A DNA stretch of 64,000 bases from Mobula hypostoma (GCF_963921235.1 NC_086097.1:104224001-104288000); one strand, 5' to 3'; numbered from the stretch's first letter, positions 28,001 through 41,562 are shown. Program-made: numbers and translations. Notes: generated by a model not told the origin, from the sequence alone.

Positions 28001-31000
28001 CTATTACAATACACAGCAACCCACCTCTGACTGTATTACAATACACACCAACCCACCCCTGACTGTATTACAATACACACCAACCCACCCCTGACTGTAT
28101 TACAATACACACACTTCAACCTACCCCCTGACTCTATTATAATACACACCAACCCACCCTTGACTGTATTACAATACACACCAACCCACCCCTGACTGTA
28201 TTACAATACACACACTTAAACCTACCCCCTGACTCTATTATAATACACACCAACCCACCCTTGACTGTATTACAATACACACCAACCCACCCCTGACTGT
28301 GTTACAATACACACACTTCAACCCACCCCCTGACTGTATTACAATACACACATTTCAACCCACCCCTGACTGTATTACAATACACACACTTCAACCCACC
28401 CACTGACTATTACAATACACACCAACCCACCCCGACTGTATTACAATACACCAACTTCAACCCACCCCCTGACTCTATTACAATACACACATTTCAACCC
28501 ACCCCTGACTGTATTACAATACACACACTTCAACCCACCCCTGACTGTATTACAATATACACACTTCAACCCACCCCTGACTGTATTACAATACACACAC
28601 ATCAACCCACCCCTGACTGTATTACAATACACACACTTCAACCCACCCCTGACTGTATTACAATACACACCAACCCACCCCTGACTGTATTACAATACAC
28701 ACCAACCCACCCCTGACTGTATTACAATACACACACTTCAACCCACCCCTGACTGTATTACAATACACACACTTCAACCCACCCCTGACTGTATTACAAT
28801 ACACACACTTCAACCCACCCCTGACTCTATTACAATACACAGCAACCCACCCCTGACTGTATTACAATACACACCAACCCACCCCTGACTGTATTACAAT
28901 GCACACACTTCAACCCACCCCTGACTGTATTACAATACACTTCAACCCATCCCAGACTGTATTACAATACACACCAACCCACCCCTGACTGTATTACAAT
29001 ACACACCAACCCACCCCTGACTGTATTACAATACACACACTTCAACCCACCCCTGACTGTATTACAATACACACACTTCAACCCACCCCTGACTGTATTA
29101 CAATACACACCAACCCACCCCTAACTGTATTACAATACACACCAACCCACCCCGACTGTATTACAATACACCAACTTCAACCCACCCCCTGACTCTATTA
29201 CAATACACACATTTCAACCCACCCCTGACTGTATTACAATACACACACTTCAACCCACCCCTGACTGTATTACAATACACACACTTCAACCCACCCCTGA
29301 CTGTATTACAATACACACACTTCAACCCACCCCTGACTCTATTACAATACACAGCAACCCACCCCTGACTGTATTACAATACACACCAACCCACCCCTGA
29401 CTGTACACACACACTTCAACCCACCCCTGACTGTATTACAATACACTTCAACCCATCCCAGACTGTATTACAATACACACCAACCCACCCCTGACTGTAT
29501 TACAATACACACCAACCCACCCCTGACTGTATTACAATACACACACTTCAACCCACCCCTGACTGTATTACAATACACACACTTCAACCCACCCCTGACT
29601 GTATTACAATACACACCAACCCACCCCTAACTGTATTACAATACACACCAACCCACCCCGACTGTATTACAATACACCAACTTCAACCCACCCCCTGACT
29701 CTATTACAATACACACATTTCAACCCACCCCTGACTGTATTACAATACACACACTTCAACCCACCGCTGACTGTATTACAATACACACACTTCAACCCAC
29801 CCCTGACTGTATTACAATACACACATTTCAACCCACCCCTGACTGTATTACAATACACACACTTCAACCCACCCCTGACTCTATTACAATACACAGCAAC
29901 CCACCCGACTGTATTACAATACACACCAACCCACCCCTGACTGTATTACAATACACACCAACCCACCCCTGACTGTATTACAATAAACACCAACTCACCC
30001 TAACTGTATTACAATACACACCAACCCATTCCTGACTATTACAATACACACCAACCCACCCCTGACTGTATTACAATACACACCAACCCACCCCTGACTG
30101 TATTACAATACACACCAACCCTCCCCTGACTGTATTACAATACACACACTTCAACCCACCCCTGACTGTATTACAATACACACACTTCAACCCACCCCTG
30201 ACTGTATTACAATACACACCAACCCACCCCTGACTGTATTACAATACACACCAACCCACCCCTAACTGTATTACAATACACACCAACCCACCCCGACTGT
30301 ATTACAATACACCAACTTCAACCCACCCCCTGACTCTATTACAATACACACATTTCAACCCACCCCTGACTGTATTACAATACACACACTTCAACCCACC
30401 CCTGACTGTATTACAATACACACCAACCCACCCCTGACTGTATTACAATACACACCAACCCACCCCTAACTGTATTACAATACACACCAACCCACCCCGA
30501 CTGTATTACAATACACCAACTTCAACCCACCCCCTGACTCTATTACAATACACACATTTCAACCCACCCCTGACTGTATTACAATACACACACTTCAACC
30601 CACCGCTGACTGTATTACAATACACACACTTCAACCCACCCCTGACTGTATTACAATACACACATTTCAACCCACCCCTGACTGTATTACAATACACACA
30701 CTTCAACCCACCCCTGACTCTATTACAATACACAGCAACCCACCCGACTGTATTATAATACACACCAACCCACCCCTGACTGTATTACAATACACACCAA
30801 CCCACCCCTGACTGTATTACAATAAACACCAACTCACCCTAACTGTATTACAATACACACCAACCCATTCCTGACTATTACAATACACACCAACCCACCC
30901 CTGACTGTATTACAATACACACCAACCCACCCCTGACTGTATTACAATACACACCAACCCTCCCCTGACTGTATTACAATACACACACTTCAACCCACCC

Positions 31001-31562
31001 CTGACTGTATTACAATACACACACTTCAACCCACCCCTGACTGTATTACAATACACACCAACCCACCCCTGACTGTATTACAATACACACACTTCAACTT
31101 ACCCCGACTGTATTACAATACACACACTTCAACCCACCCCTGACTGTATTACAATATACAAACATCAACCCTCCCCTGACTGTATTACAATACACACACT
31201 TCAACCCACCCCTGACTGTATTACAATACACACACATCAACCCTCCCCTGACTGTATTACAATACACACCAACCCACTCCTGACTGTATTACAATACACA
31301 CCAACCCACTCCTGACTGTATTACAATACACACTTCAACCCACCCCTGACTGTATTACAATACACACACATCAACCTACCCCTGACTGTATTACAATACA
31401 CACCAACCCACCCTTGACTGTATTACAATACACACACTTCAACTCACCCCCTGACTGTATTACAATGCACACCAACCCACCCCTGACTGTATTACAATAC
31501 ACACGCTTCAACCCACCCCCTGACTGTATTAGAATACACACGTTTCAACCCACCCACTGACT
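25066..31562. repeat. Minisatellite, main block (~6.5 kb of mixed 36-bp TGACTGTATTACAATACACACACTTCAACCCACCCC and 32-bp TGACTGTATTACAATACACACCAACCCACCCC units)
   Basis: Directly visible. Roughly 190 units by dividing length by unit size; variant units recur in higher-order blocks. Confidence 0.98.
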
Positions 31563-31940
31563 ACAATTTTACCTAATCAACCACCTGTCCTTCGTCACAG
31601 TCACTCTTCATGCTGCATTTACTTATTCACCATCTGCCCCATCCTCTCACCTGTCACTTTAGTTCCCGTACCACTGCCGATCTACATTTAAACCCTCCCC
31701 AACAGCTCTAGGAAATCTGTCAGCAGATTTTGGCCCCCTCTTCAAGTTGAGGTGTAACCTATACATTTTTACTGGGTTCATTTCTGGGCTGAGGTGTTCA
31801 TCCCACGAGAAGAGATGAATAAGATGGGATATAACTATTTAAAGTAACGTAATTTCATTGAATTGTAAGGTCATGAGATAAGTTATTTGGGTGGTTGCTC
31901 AATGCCAGGATACTTCAATGTAGAGAGGTTCTCTCCAGGG

Positions 31941-34900
31941 CAGAGGTTCCCAGTGTGGGATCCATGGACCTTTTGGTTAATGATTTAAACTTGTATGGCA
32001 GGGACTTGGGAACCAGTATGATAGAGCTGAGGATGAGCCAGCAGGTTTACAAGTACGTTTGTAGATGATGGGTGTAACATGAATGTAATGAAGGACAAGC
32101 CAATGATTGGGTACAAATGCAGATGGAGCAAAGAGCTAAGTTGTACCGTAGAAGCAAAATTCAAAAGAGTGAAGATTGCAAGACTGAAGGTGCTGTATTT
32201 AAATGCGCGTAGCATTTCGAATAAGGTGGACGAACTTGTGATGCAATTAGAGATTGGTTGGTATGACATTGTGGGCATCACTGAGCCATGGTTGAGAGAA
32301 GGCCATAACATCAAAGGATACACTTTGTATCGAAAGGAGAGGCAGGAAGGCATTGGCGGTGCTGTGGCTCTGTTGATAAGCTAAGGAATTACATCTTTAG
32401 TTAGAGGTGACCTAGGGTCAGAGAATGTTGAATCTTTGTAGGTGGAGTTAAGAAATTGCAGGGGTTAAAAAAAACACTATGGGAATCATATATAGGTCTC
32501 CAAATAGTAGCCAAGATGTGGGGTTGAGATTGCAAAGGGAGCTGGAAAAGGCCTGTAATAAGGGTAATGACATAATTGTGATGGGAGACTTCAAGGGTAC
32601 TGGAAAAATCAGATTGATGTCACATCGCAAGAGAGAAAATTTGTTGAATGCTTACAAGGTGGCTTTTTAGAGCAGCTTGTGCTTGAGCCTACTTGGGGGG
32701 GGGGGAGGCTGTCTTAGATTGAGTGTTGTGTAATGACCCAGATCTTATTAGGGAGCTTAATGTAAATGAACCCTTAGGAGGCAGTGATCATAATATGATT
32801 GAATTCGTACTGCAACTTGAGAGGGAGAAGCATAAGTCACATGTATCTTTATCACAATGGACAAAGGGAATTACAAAGGCATAAGAGAGGAGCTTGCAGG
32901 AGGATACTGGCAGGGACGACGGCAGAGGAGAGCTGGGTGAAGTTTCAGGAAATAGTTCACAAGGCACAGGATAGAGGAAGAAGTTCTCAAATTGTAGGGG
33001 TAGGCAACCATGGCTGACACTGGAAATTAAGGACTGCATAAATGCTAAAGAAAGGGCATTTAAGGTAGTAAAAGTGAGTGGGAAGCTTTTAAAATCCAAC
33101 AAAAAGCAATTAAGAAAGCTATAAGAAGGGAAAAGATCAAATATGAGGGCAAACTAGCCAATAGTTATAAAGCAGGATATCAAAAGTTTTTTCAGTTATA
33201 TAAAGAAGTAAAAGGGAGGTGAGAGTTTATATTGGAGTACTTGAAAATGATGCTGCTGAGGTAGTAATGGGGAACAAAGAAATGGCAAACGAACTTAATA
33301 GGTACTTCGCATCAGTCTTCACTGTGGAAGATACTAGCATTGTGCCAGACTTCAGTGAGTATCATTGCTATTGCAAAGGAAAAGATGCTGGGCAAACTCA
33401 AGGGTCTTAAGGTGAATAAATCACCTGGGCCAGATGGACTACATCTCAGAGTTCTGGGAGAGGGTGCTGAAGAGATAATGGGTGCATTGATCACAATCTT
33501 TCAAGAATCACTTGATTCTAGCATGGTCCCAGAGGACTGGAAGATTGTAAATGTAACTCCCCTCTTTAAGAAAGGAAGAAGGCACAAGAAAGGAAATTAT
33601 AGGCCAGTTAGCCTAACCTTAGTGGCTGAGAGAATGTTGGGGTCTATTATTCAGGATGAGGTTCTGAGGTACTTGGAGACTGATGATAAAATGTCAGCAA
33701 GGGTTCTGTGAAGGGAAATCTTGCCTGACAAATCTGTTAGTGTTCTTCGAGGAAGTAACAAGTGGGGTGGACAAAGGAGAGGCAGAGAATGTCATTTACT
33801 TGGATTTTCAGAAGGCTTTTGATAAGATGCCACACATGAGGATGATTAACAAGATAAAATCCTATGGAATTACAGGAAAGATACTGCCATGGATAGCAGA
33901 ATGACTGACAGGCAGGAGGCAGCGAGTGGTTGGCTGCCAGTGACTAGTGGTGCTCCTTAGGGGTCAGTATTGTGACCACTACTTTTCACATTGTTTGTCA
34001 GTGATTTAGATAATGGAATTAAAGCCTTTGTGGCAAAGTTTGCGGAGGATACTATGATAGATGGATGGGTAGGTAGTGCTGAGGAAGCAATGCGGTTGCA
34101 GCCGGATATGGGCAGAATGGAAGAATGGGCAAAAGAGTGGCAGATGGAATAAAGCGTTGGGAAATATATGATAATAAATTTTGGTAACAGGAAAAATAGT
34201 GTATTATTATCTAAATGGGGAGAAGGTTCAAACATCAGAGGTGCAGAGGGACTTAGGAGTCCTCATGCGAGACTCCCAGAAGGTTAATTTACAGGTTGAG
34301 TTTGTGGTAAAGAAGGCAAATGTAATGTTGGTATTTATTTCAAGTGGAATAGACATAAAAGCAAGGAGATAATGCTGAGCCTTTATAAGACAGTAATCAG
34401 GTTGCACTTGGAGTATTGTCAACAGTTTTGGGCCCCATATCTTAGAAAGGATGTGTTGTTGGAGAGAGTCCAGAGGAGGTTCACAATGATTATTCCGAGA
34501 ATGAAAGGGTTCACATATGAGGAGCAGTTGGCAGCTTTGAGCCTGTACTCACTGGAATTAAGAATGCGGGGGGTTGGGGTGGGAGCTCGTTGAAGCCTAC
34601 TGAATGTTGAAAGGACTGGATAGGGTGGATGTTTCCACTAGTGGGGCATCCAGAACTAGAGGGCACAGCCTCCAAATTGAGGGGCAACCCTTTAGAACAG
34701 AGGTAAGGAGGAATTTTTTTTGGCAGAGAGTAGTAAATCTCTGGAATGCTCTGCCACAGACTGCGGTGGAGGCCAAGTCTATGTGTATATTTAAGGCGGA
34801 AGTTGATCGTTTCCTGATCGGTCAGGGTATCAAAGGTTATGGCGAGAAGGCAAGCGTATGGGGTTGACTGGGATCTGCCATGATGGAACAGCGGAGCAGA

Positions 34901-34975
34901 CTTGATGGCCTAATTCTGCTCCTATGTCTTATAAGTATTGATACTGGTCCACGGCATAAAGGTTGGGTATCCCTG
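31941..34975. mobile_element. Second copy of the tiny hAT-type MITE, split by a 3-kb CR1
   Basis: Left half CAGAGGTTCCCAGTGTGGGATCCATGGACCTTTTGGTTAATGA; right half GGTCCACGGCATAAAGGTTGGGTATCCCTG. Confidence 0.6.
31984..34935 (+). mobile_element. CR1 LINE, near-complete but decayed ORF2 plus 3' UTR
   Basis: In order: LKVLYLNARSISNK, IVGITEPWL, VMGDF, KSPGPDGLH, GNYRPVSLT, DFQKAFDK, KFAED and VVNLWNALP. Confidence 0.92.
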
Positions 34976-35344
34976 CGCTGGGGCATCTCACGTCAGAATA
35001 AAGGATCTACAAAACAGCACTGAGTTGAGAAGAAATTTCTTTATCTTGAATTTCATAAATCTGTGGAATTTTTCAGTTTTGAGAGCAGAATGTTCATTTG
35101 CTTTGTATATTCCAAGGTTTAAATTCATAAGCTTCTTGGACACCAAAGTAACTGCAGGAAATGAGAGTTGCACAGAATCAGCAATGGCATTGAATGGCTG
35201 AGTACATTGGACTGCCTACAAGATCTATTCCTTCATCTGTTTTTTTGTATCCTTTTGATCAAATTGCTCATTAACCAGCTAATTTAGGTTTGAAGTTTAT
35301 TAAGGAGAAGTGATGAGATTGGTGTTGAAAACTTTTCTGCAATT

Positions 35345-36290
35345 TAAAAACAAAGTGCTGGAAACACTTAATGAGCCAGGCTGCATTGTGGGGAAAAAAA
35401 AGTATGAATGTTTTGTGTTAAGACCTTTAATCAAACTGTTGCATGGAGACACCAATTTGGTTTTAATTTGCAGGGAAGGTAGAAGAGAGATAGATAGAAT
35501 GAGCATAATGTTTGTGTCGGGGTGAGGTTAGTATTCCTGTGAGGTCCTCCAACTAAATGGCTAGATGCTGATAATAAAGATAAAGAAGCATGTGTTGCAA
35601 TTAGCAGAGTTTTGAGACATGCACAGAAGACTGCTTACAGAGAGGGAAATACTGAATCAATATGATTGACTTTGAGTGAAAATGCCACGTCTGATGCTGA
35701 CAAGATACCTGAAGTTGTAGAATTTGCAGACCAAATGTGGAAGCTTGCAGCATCCCCCACCAGAGTATGAGGTGCAGTTCCTCAAGCAAGTCTCGGGCTT
35801 TGTTATAACAGTTCATAAGGGCACAAAAGTCATAGTGGGATGGAAAATTCAAGGGGAAGGCAGTAGGAAACAGCATAATTTCAGCAGATTGATTGCAGGT
35901 GCTCCTCAAAGTGGTCACCCAATCTGCATTTCCAATGTGGATGAGACTGCATTCTGAACAACAAATGCGGTACATTCGTTGGGAAAAGTGCTGTTTCACT
36001 CGGAGAAACTGTTAAGTCCCTAGATAGTGGAAAGGAAACGGATCAAACAAATATGTATTGTATCAGCTATAGCTGCACAAGGAAGTGCAATATGACAGCT
36101 GGTCAGTGGAGACCGAAGAACAGACCAGGGAGTGATAAAGGGAAAGGTCATTTTTAAGTGCTAATAATGAACAGAGAGAAACATGTATGGTGATGGAATC
36201 TTATTGCAGCTGATGGAAATTGTGAAGGCTTATTCACAGAATGTGTGGGCTGGTAGGGTAGGAGGTGAGAACAAAGGGAATTGTATCCTG
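35345..36290 (-). mobile_element. Old Penelope-like element fragment (decayed GIY-YIG region and terminal repeat)
   Basis: ORF 35601-35999 retains YRICCSECSLIHIG and LEELHLILWWGMLQ, resembling the better copies at 46303 and 50023. Confidence 0.55.
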
Positions 36291-36601
36291 CTTTGTCTAA
36301 TAGTCAAAGTATATTTTTTTATGAAAGTGTATATACTATATACTATCTTGAGATTTGTCTCCTTACAGGCAGCCACAAAAACAAAGAAACCTAATAGAAC
36401 CATTTAAAAAAAAGACCGTCAAACACCCAATGTACAGAAAAAAAAATCAAAATGTGCAAGCATCTAAAGTTCATGAAAGTGAGTCCATAGCCCTTTAAGT
36501 TGCAGGTCACGGCCTCGGTTCAGTACTGAGATGAGTAAATCTTGTGGAGCAGCAAGCTGAACCCTTGCCTTCAGCCCCGACACCCTGACGTTTTCAATCT
36601 G

Positions 36602-39278
36602 CTATTCGGGAATGAGACAGGGCAGGTGACAGAAGTTGGTGTAGAGGAGTACTTTACATCTAGTGACCACAGTGACATTAGTTTCAAAGTAAATATGCAA
36701 AAACATAGGTCTGTCCACAAGTTGAGATTCTAAATTGGACAAAGGCCAATTTTGATGGTATCAGAAATGTCATAGTCATAGTCATACTTTATTGATCCCA
36801 GGGGAAATTGGTTTTCATTACAGTTGCACACCATAAATAATTAAATAGTAATATGTAAGTTATGCCAGGAAATAAGTCCAAGACCAGTCTATTGGCTCAG
36901 GGTGTTTGACCCTCCAAGGGAGGAATTGTAAAGTTTGATGGCCACAGGCAAGAATGACTTCCTATGACGCTCTGTGTTGCATCTTGGTGGAATGAGTCTC
37001 TGGCAGAATGTACTCCTGTGCCCAACCAGTCCATTATGTAGTGGATGGGAGACATTGTCCAAGATGGCATGCAACTTGGACAGCACCCTCTTTTCAGACA
37101 TCACCGTCAGAGAGTCCAGTTCCATCCTCACAACAGCACTGGCCTTACGAATGAGTTTGTTGATTCTGTTGGTGTCTGCTGCCCCAGCACACAACAGCAA
37201 ACATGATTGCACTGGCCACCACAGACTCGTAGAACATCCTCAGCATCGTCCGACTGGCAAGTGTGGATTAGGATGGGCCGTTTTTTGGCAAAGGTGTACT
37301 TGGTAAAGTGGGAGGCCTTCAAAAGTGAAAATTTGAGAGTACAAAGCTTGTACGTGCCTGTCAGAATAAAATGTAAAGATCATAAGTTAAAGGAACCTTG
37401 GTTTTCAAGAGATATTGAGGCCCTTGTATAAGCAGAAAGGAACAAATGAGGTGTATAGCAGGTATAGGCAAGTAGTAACAAATGAGGTGCTTACAGAGTA
37501 TAAGAAATGCAAGAGAACACTTAAGAAAGAAATCAGGTGGAACAAAAGAAGGTATGATGTTTCCTTAGCAGATAAAGTGAAGGAGAATTCTAAGAGATTC
37601 TACAGATGTGTTAAGAGCAGAAGGATTGCAAGGGACAAAATTGGTCGTCTAGAAGATCAGAATGGTAATCCATGTGTGGAGCTGAAAGAAATGGGGGAGG
37701 TCTTAAATAAATGTTTTGCATCTGTATTTACTCAGGCGACGGACACAGAGTCTACAGAATTGAGGCGAGGTGGCATCCACTTCATGGACCGTGTACAGAT
37801 TACAGAGGAGGTGGTGTTTGCTGTCCCGAGACAAGTCGGTGGATAAATCTCCATGGCTGACAAGGTGTTCCCTTAGACCCTACGGGATGCAAGTGCAGAA
37901 TTGCTGGGGCCCAAGCAGAGATATTTAAATCATTCTTAGTGACAGAAGAGGTACCAGAGGATTGGAGGATAGCCAATGTTGTTCCACTGTTTAAAAACAG
38001 ATGTAATCATAAACCAGGAAGTTATAGGCCAGGTAATCTGACCATGAGTCAGTAGTGGGAAGGTTATTGGAAGTTATTCTAAGGGAACAGACATATAAGT
38101 ATTTGGATAGACATGGACTGATTAAGGATAGTCAGCATGGCTTCATATGTGGTAGGTCATGTATAATCAATCGTAGAGTTTTTAGAAGAAATTACCAGGA
38201 TTAGTTATGAAAGCAAGGCAGTGGATTTTGTCTATGTAGACTTTAGCAAGGCATTTGACAAGGTCCCGCATGGGAGGTTGGTCAAGAAGGTTCAGCCGTC
38301 CTGCATTGAAGATGATATAGTAAATTGGATTAGACATTGATTTTGTGGGAGAAGCCGGAGAGTGGCAGTAGATGGTTGCTTCTCTTACTGGAGGTCTGTG
38401 ACCAGTGGTGTGCCACTGGAATTGGTTTTAGATCCATTGTTGTTTGTCATTTGTATCAGTGATCTGGATGATAATATGCTTAACTGGATCAGCAAATTTG
38501 CAAATGACACCAAGATTGGGGGTATAGTGGACAGAGAGGAAGGCTATCATGGCTTGCAGATGGATGAATATCAGCTGGAAAAATGGTCTGAAAAATGGCG
38601 GCTGGAATTTAATGCAGACAAATGCAAAGTAGCATCACAAGTAGATAGTGTCATAAAGCTTTTGGCACCTTGGCCTTCATAAAGTATTGAGTATAGGAGA
38701 TGGGATGTTATGGTGAAATTGTATAAGACATTGGTGAGACCTAATTTGGGGAATTGTACGCAGTTTTGGTCACCTACCTAAAGGAAAATGTAAATAAGGT
38801 TGAAAGAGTACAGGGAAAATTTACAAGGATGTTGCTGGGTCGGGGAACTTGAGTTATAATCAAAGATTAAATAGGGTAGGACGTTGTTCCTTTGAACAGA
38901 GAAGATTCAGAGGAGATTTGATAGAGGCATGCAAAATTATGAGGGGTATAGATAGGGTAAATGCAAGCAGGCTTTTTCCACTGAGGTTAGCTGGGACTAC
39001 AATCAGAGGGCATGGGTTAAGGGTGAAAGGTAAAAAGTTTAAGGGGAGCATGACGGGAAACTTCATTCAGGGGGTCGTAAAAGTGTTGAATAAGCTCCCA
39101 GTTCAAATGATGCATGCAAGCTTGAATTTAACTTTTAAGCGAAGTTGGTATTGGTACATGGATAGTAGGGGTAAGGAGGACTATGCAGGTCAATGGGTGT
39201 AGGCAGTTTAAATGGTTTTGGCATGGACTAAATTGGCTAAAGGGCCTATTTTTGTGCTGTACTTTTCTATGTATGACT
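36602..39278 (+). mobile_element. CR1 ORF2 fragment with 3' UTR, interrupted by a Rex1-type fragment
   Basis: SDHSDISF, ENSKRFY and KFANDTK motifs plus CR1 3' end. AATCTG duplicated at 36596-36601 and 39279-39284. Confidence 0.85.
36768..37252 (-). mobile_element. Rex1/Babar-type LINE 3' fragment, same subfamily as 10123-10676
   Basis: Near-identical sequence and (GACTAT)n tail; ORF 36889-37212. Confidence 0.82.
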
Positions 39279-39739
39279 AATCTGGCCTGGCATTTACATT
39301 GATCAAACCTCGAGTTGTTCCTTGCTCTCAAACCTGGGCCCTCCCTGCCACTTCAATACAGTCCTGGGCTTGGGTTCCATCGCCTTGATTCAGCCCATAC
39401 CTGACCTTTTCAATTCGGTCCAGTGCTTAAATCAAGCAGGCCTTGGGTCCTGTCCCACCGCCTTGATTCGGCTTGTAAATGCCACAACCATCCTGCTTCT
39501 TCAGTTTACACTTCAAAAATGCCAGGTGAATAGGAAGTTCAGAAATTCAACTCCAAGAGGGAAGTTACAGACTGTTGATTGCAGTGATCATTTTCCAGAA
39601 ATAGTGTGATTAATAAAATACTAACTTTCTTTGTTTTGTTTGCTACAGGCAAGTAGTCGCTGTATATTTGAAAGGTATATGAAAGCAGAGGTGCAGGAAG
39701 TTGATAAGATATATAATCTCTACCAATCGATGAGAAAGT

Positions 39740-40856
39740 CAAGCATGACAGTGCCTTTATGTACTTAGAGTTTGTGCAGATTTGTCATGTCAACTAAAAT
39801 TTTGGCAAACTTCTAATTTTGTGCAGTGGAGATTATCCTGACTAGTTGCATCACAGCTTGGTATGGAAACACCAATGCCCAAGAAAGGAAAGTCTATAAA
39901 TAGTGGCTGATGCAGCCCAGTCTATTATAGGCAAAGATCTCACCACCACTGAGCACACTGCCAGAAGAATGCAGTATCCACAATCGAGGACCCTGATCAT
40001 CTCAGTCATGCACTCTTCTCAGTGCTGCCATTGGGAAGGAGCCATAGGTTCCACATCACCAGGTTCAGAGACTCTTATTGCCTTTCAACCATCAGACTCT
40101 TGAATCACTGTGGACCACTTCACCCCTCTGTGAATACGTGGCTCCTCCGTTGAGAGACCTAAGTGCACCAAGTTCCTAGGAGTTCACACCACAGATGACC
40201 TCACCTGGTCCCTTAATATCACCTCCCTGCACAAGAAGGCGCAGCAGCGCCTCCACCTCCTAAGAAGATTAAGGCAAGTAAGGCCACCACATCCCATCGT
40301 AACTACGTTTACAGGAGCACAATTGAGAGCGCCTTGATAAGTTGCATCTCCTTCTGGTATGGGAGCAGTCAAGCATCGGACTGGAAGTCCCTACAAAGGA
40401 CTGTGAGAACCCCTGAGAGGATCATAGGGGTCTCCCTACCGTCCAACGGGGACATCTATCAGGAGCGTTGCATATGCAGGGCCCTTAGTATTATTAAGGA
40501 TCCCACCAATCCACCCAGCATCCTCTTTGACTTTCTACCATCAGGCAGGATACAATGCATAAAAATAAGAACGGTCAGGATGGGAAACAGTTTCTTCCCC
40601 CAGGCCATGAGACATCTGAACTCCCGGCTACATTGTATTCAAAGTGACACTGGTTAATCTGTTCTGTATCTTCCAATATTTAAAATCAATGCACCTTAGT
40701 TTGTTACAAATGTGTGATTCATCTATAGATTTTATAAGTTATTGTGTGCTATGTATACTATGTGCTTTACACCCTGGTTTGGAGAATATACATTATATGG
40801 TTATATATGTTATATACATGTATATATTTAAATGATAGTAAACTTGACTTGACTTA
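39740..40856 (+). mobile_element. Two nested Rex1/L2-type LINE 3' fragments
   Basis: KFLGVH, KKAQQRLHLLRRL, CISFWYGS and SFFPQAMR; (ACTTG)n tail at about 40842-40856. Confidence 0.7.
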
Positions 40857-41169
40857 CCTCAACTCTGAACTGATTCCACAACCTATGGACTCAATTCAAG
40901 CATTCTATAACTCCTGTTCTCAGTTAATTTATCTATTTCTATTTGCACAGTTTGTCTTTTGCACATTGGTTGTGTATCAATATTTGTGTGTAATTTTTAA
41001 TTGATTCTATTGTATTTACAGCCTGCAATAAAATGAATCTCATGGTAGTTTCTGGTGTCATATAGCTGTATATGTGCCTAATTGTAGTAATTTTATGTAT
41101 TACACTACTGTTGCTGCAAATAACAAATTTCATGATGTGAGTGATGATAAACCTGATTCTGATACGGGT

Positions 41170-41354
41170 ACAACAGGAATTCTGCAGATGCTGGAAATTC
41201 AAGCAACATACATCAAAGTTGCTGGTGAACGCAGCAGGCCAGGCAGCATCTATAGGAAGAGGCGCAGTCGACGTCTCAGCCTGAAACGTCGACTGCGCCT
41301 CTTCCTATAGATGCTGCCTGGCCTGCTGCGTTCACCAGCAACTTTGATGTATGT
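41170..41354. mobile_element. Penelope-like terminal-repeat fold-back mini-insertion
   Basis: Perfect 70-bp inverted arms 41205-41274 and 41286-41355. 13-bp target-site duplication TTCTGATACGGGT at 41157-41169 and 41355-41367. Sequence nearly the same as the termini of 50023-50896. Confidence 0.88.
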
Positions 41355-41531
41355 TTCTGATACGGGTGTCTTCTTCACTGAGAGTGAGAAGGGGGCAGGG
41401 AGAGGGGAATCATAGTCAGGGAAAAGGGAAATGGACAGGGGAGGAAGCATTAGAGAGATATTCTGTAATAATCAATAAACCAATTGTTTAGAATCAAATG
41501 ACCTTGCCTGGTGGTTTGGGGCTGGGGGGGG

Positions 41532-41562
<31 letters not shown>

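Larger units (their letters stand above)
19955..31770 (-). mobile_element. One degenerate CR1 element (ORF1 end to 3' tail) expanded by an internal minisatellite, a SINE, a second CR1 and a Penelope terminal fragment
   Basis: Collinear order on the minus strand: ORF1 end RAVGEGLN (~31700), GGLKCVYCNARRIRNK (22850-22900), KVDEV..IVTITVTWL (22500-22570), VTGDFNFP, ENPKAFY, RPHLECCIQFWSP, then the tail at ~19955. Confidence 0.75.

Noticed and set aside
23096..30763. Cys-rich repeat ORFs (GGLKCVYCNTVR)n as zinc-finger or metallothionein-like proteins
   Set aside because: They result from the 36-bp unit being a multiple of three; the 32-bp units break the frame repeatedly and there is no gene structure.
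22865..31562. CRISPR-like array (32-36 bp periodicity)
   Set aside because: Units are head-to-tail with no unique spacers, there are no cas genes, the context is a vertebrate intron, and the unit derives from CR1.
41205..41355. microRNA precursor
   Set aside because: Perfect arms, a target-site duplication and near-identity to a Penelope terminus explain it as a transposon product; there is no expression evidence.
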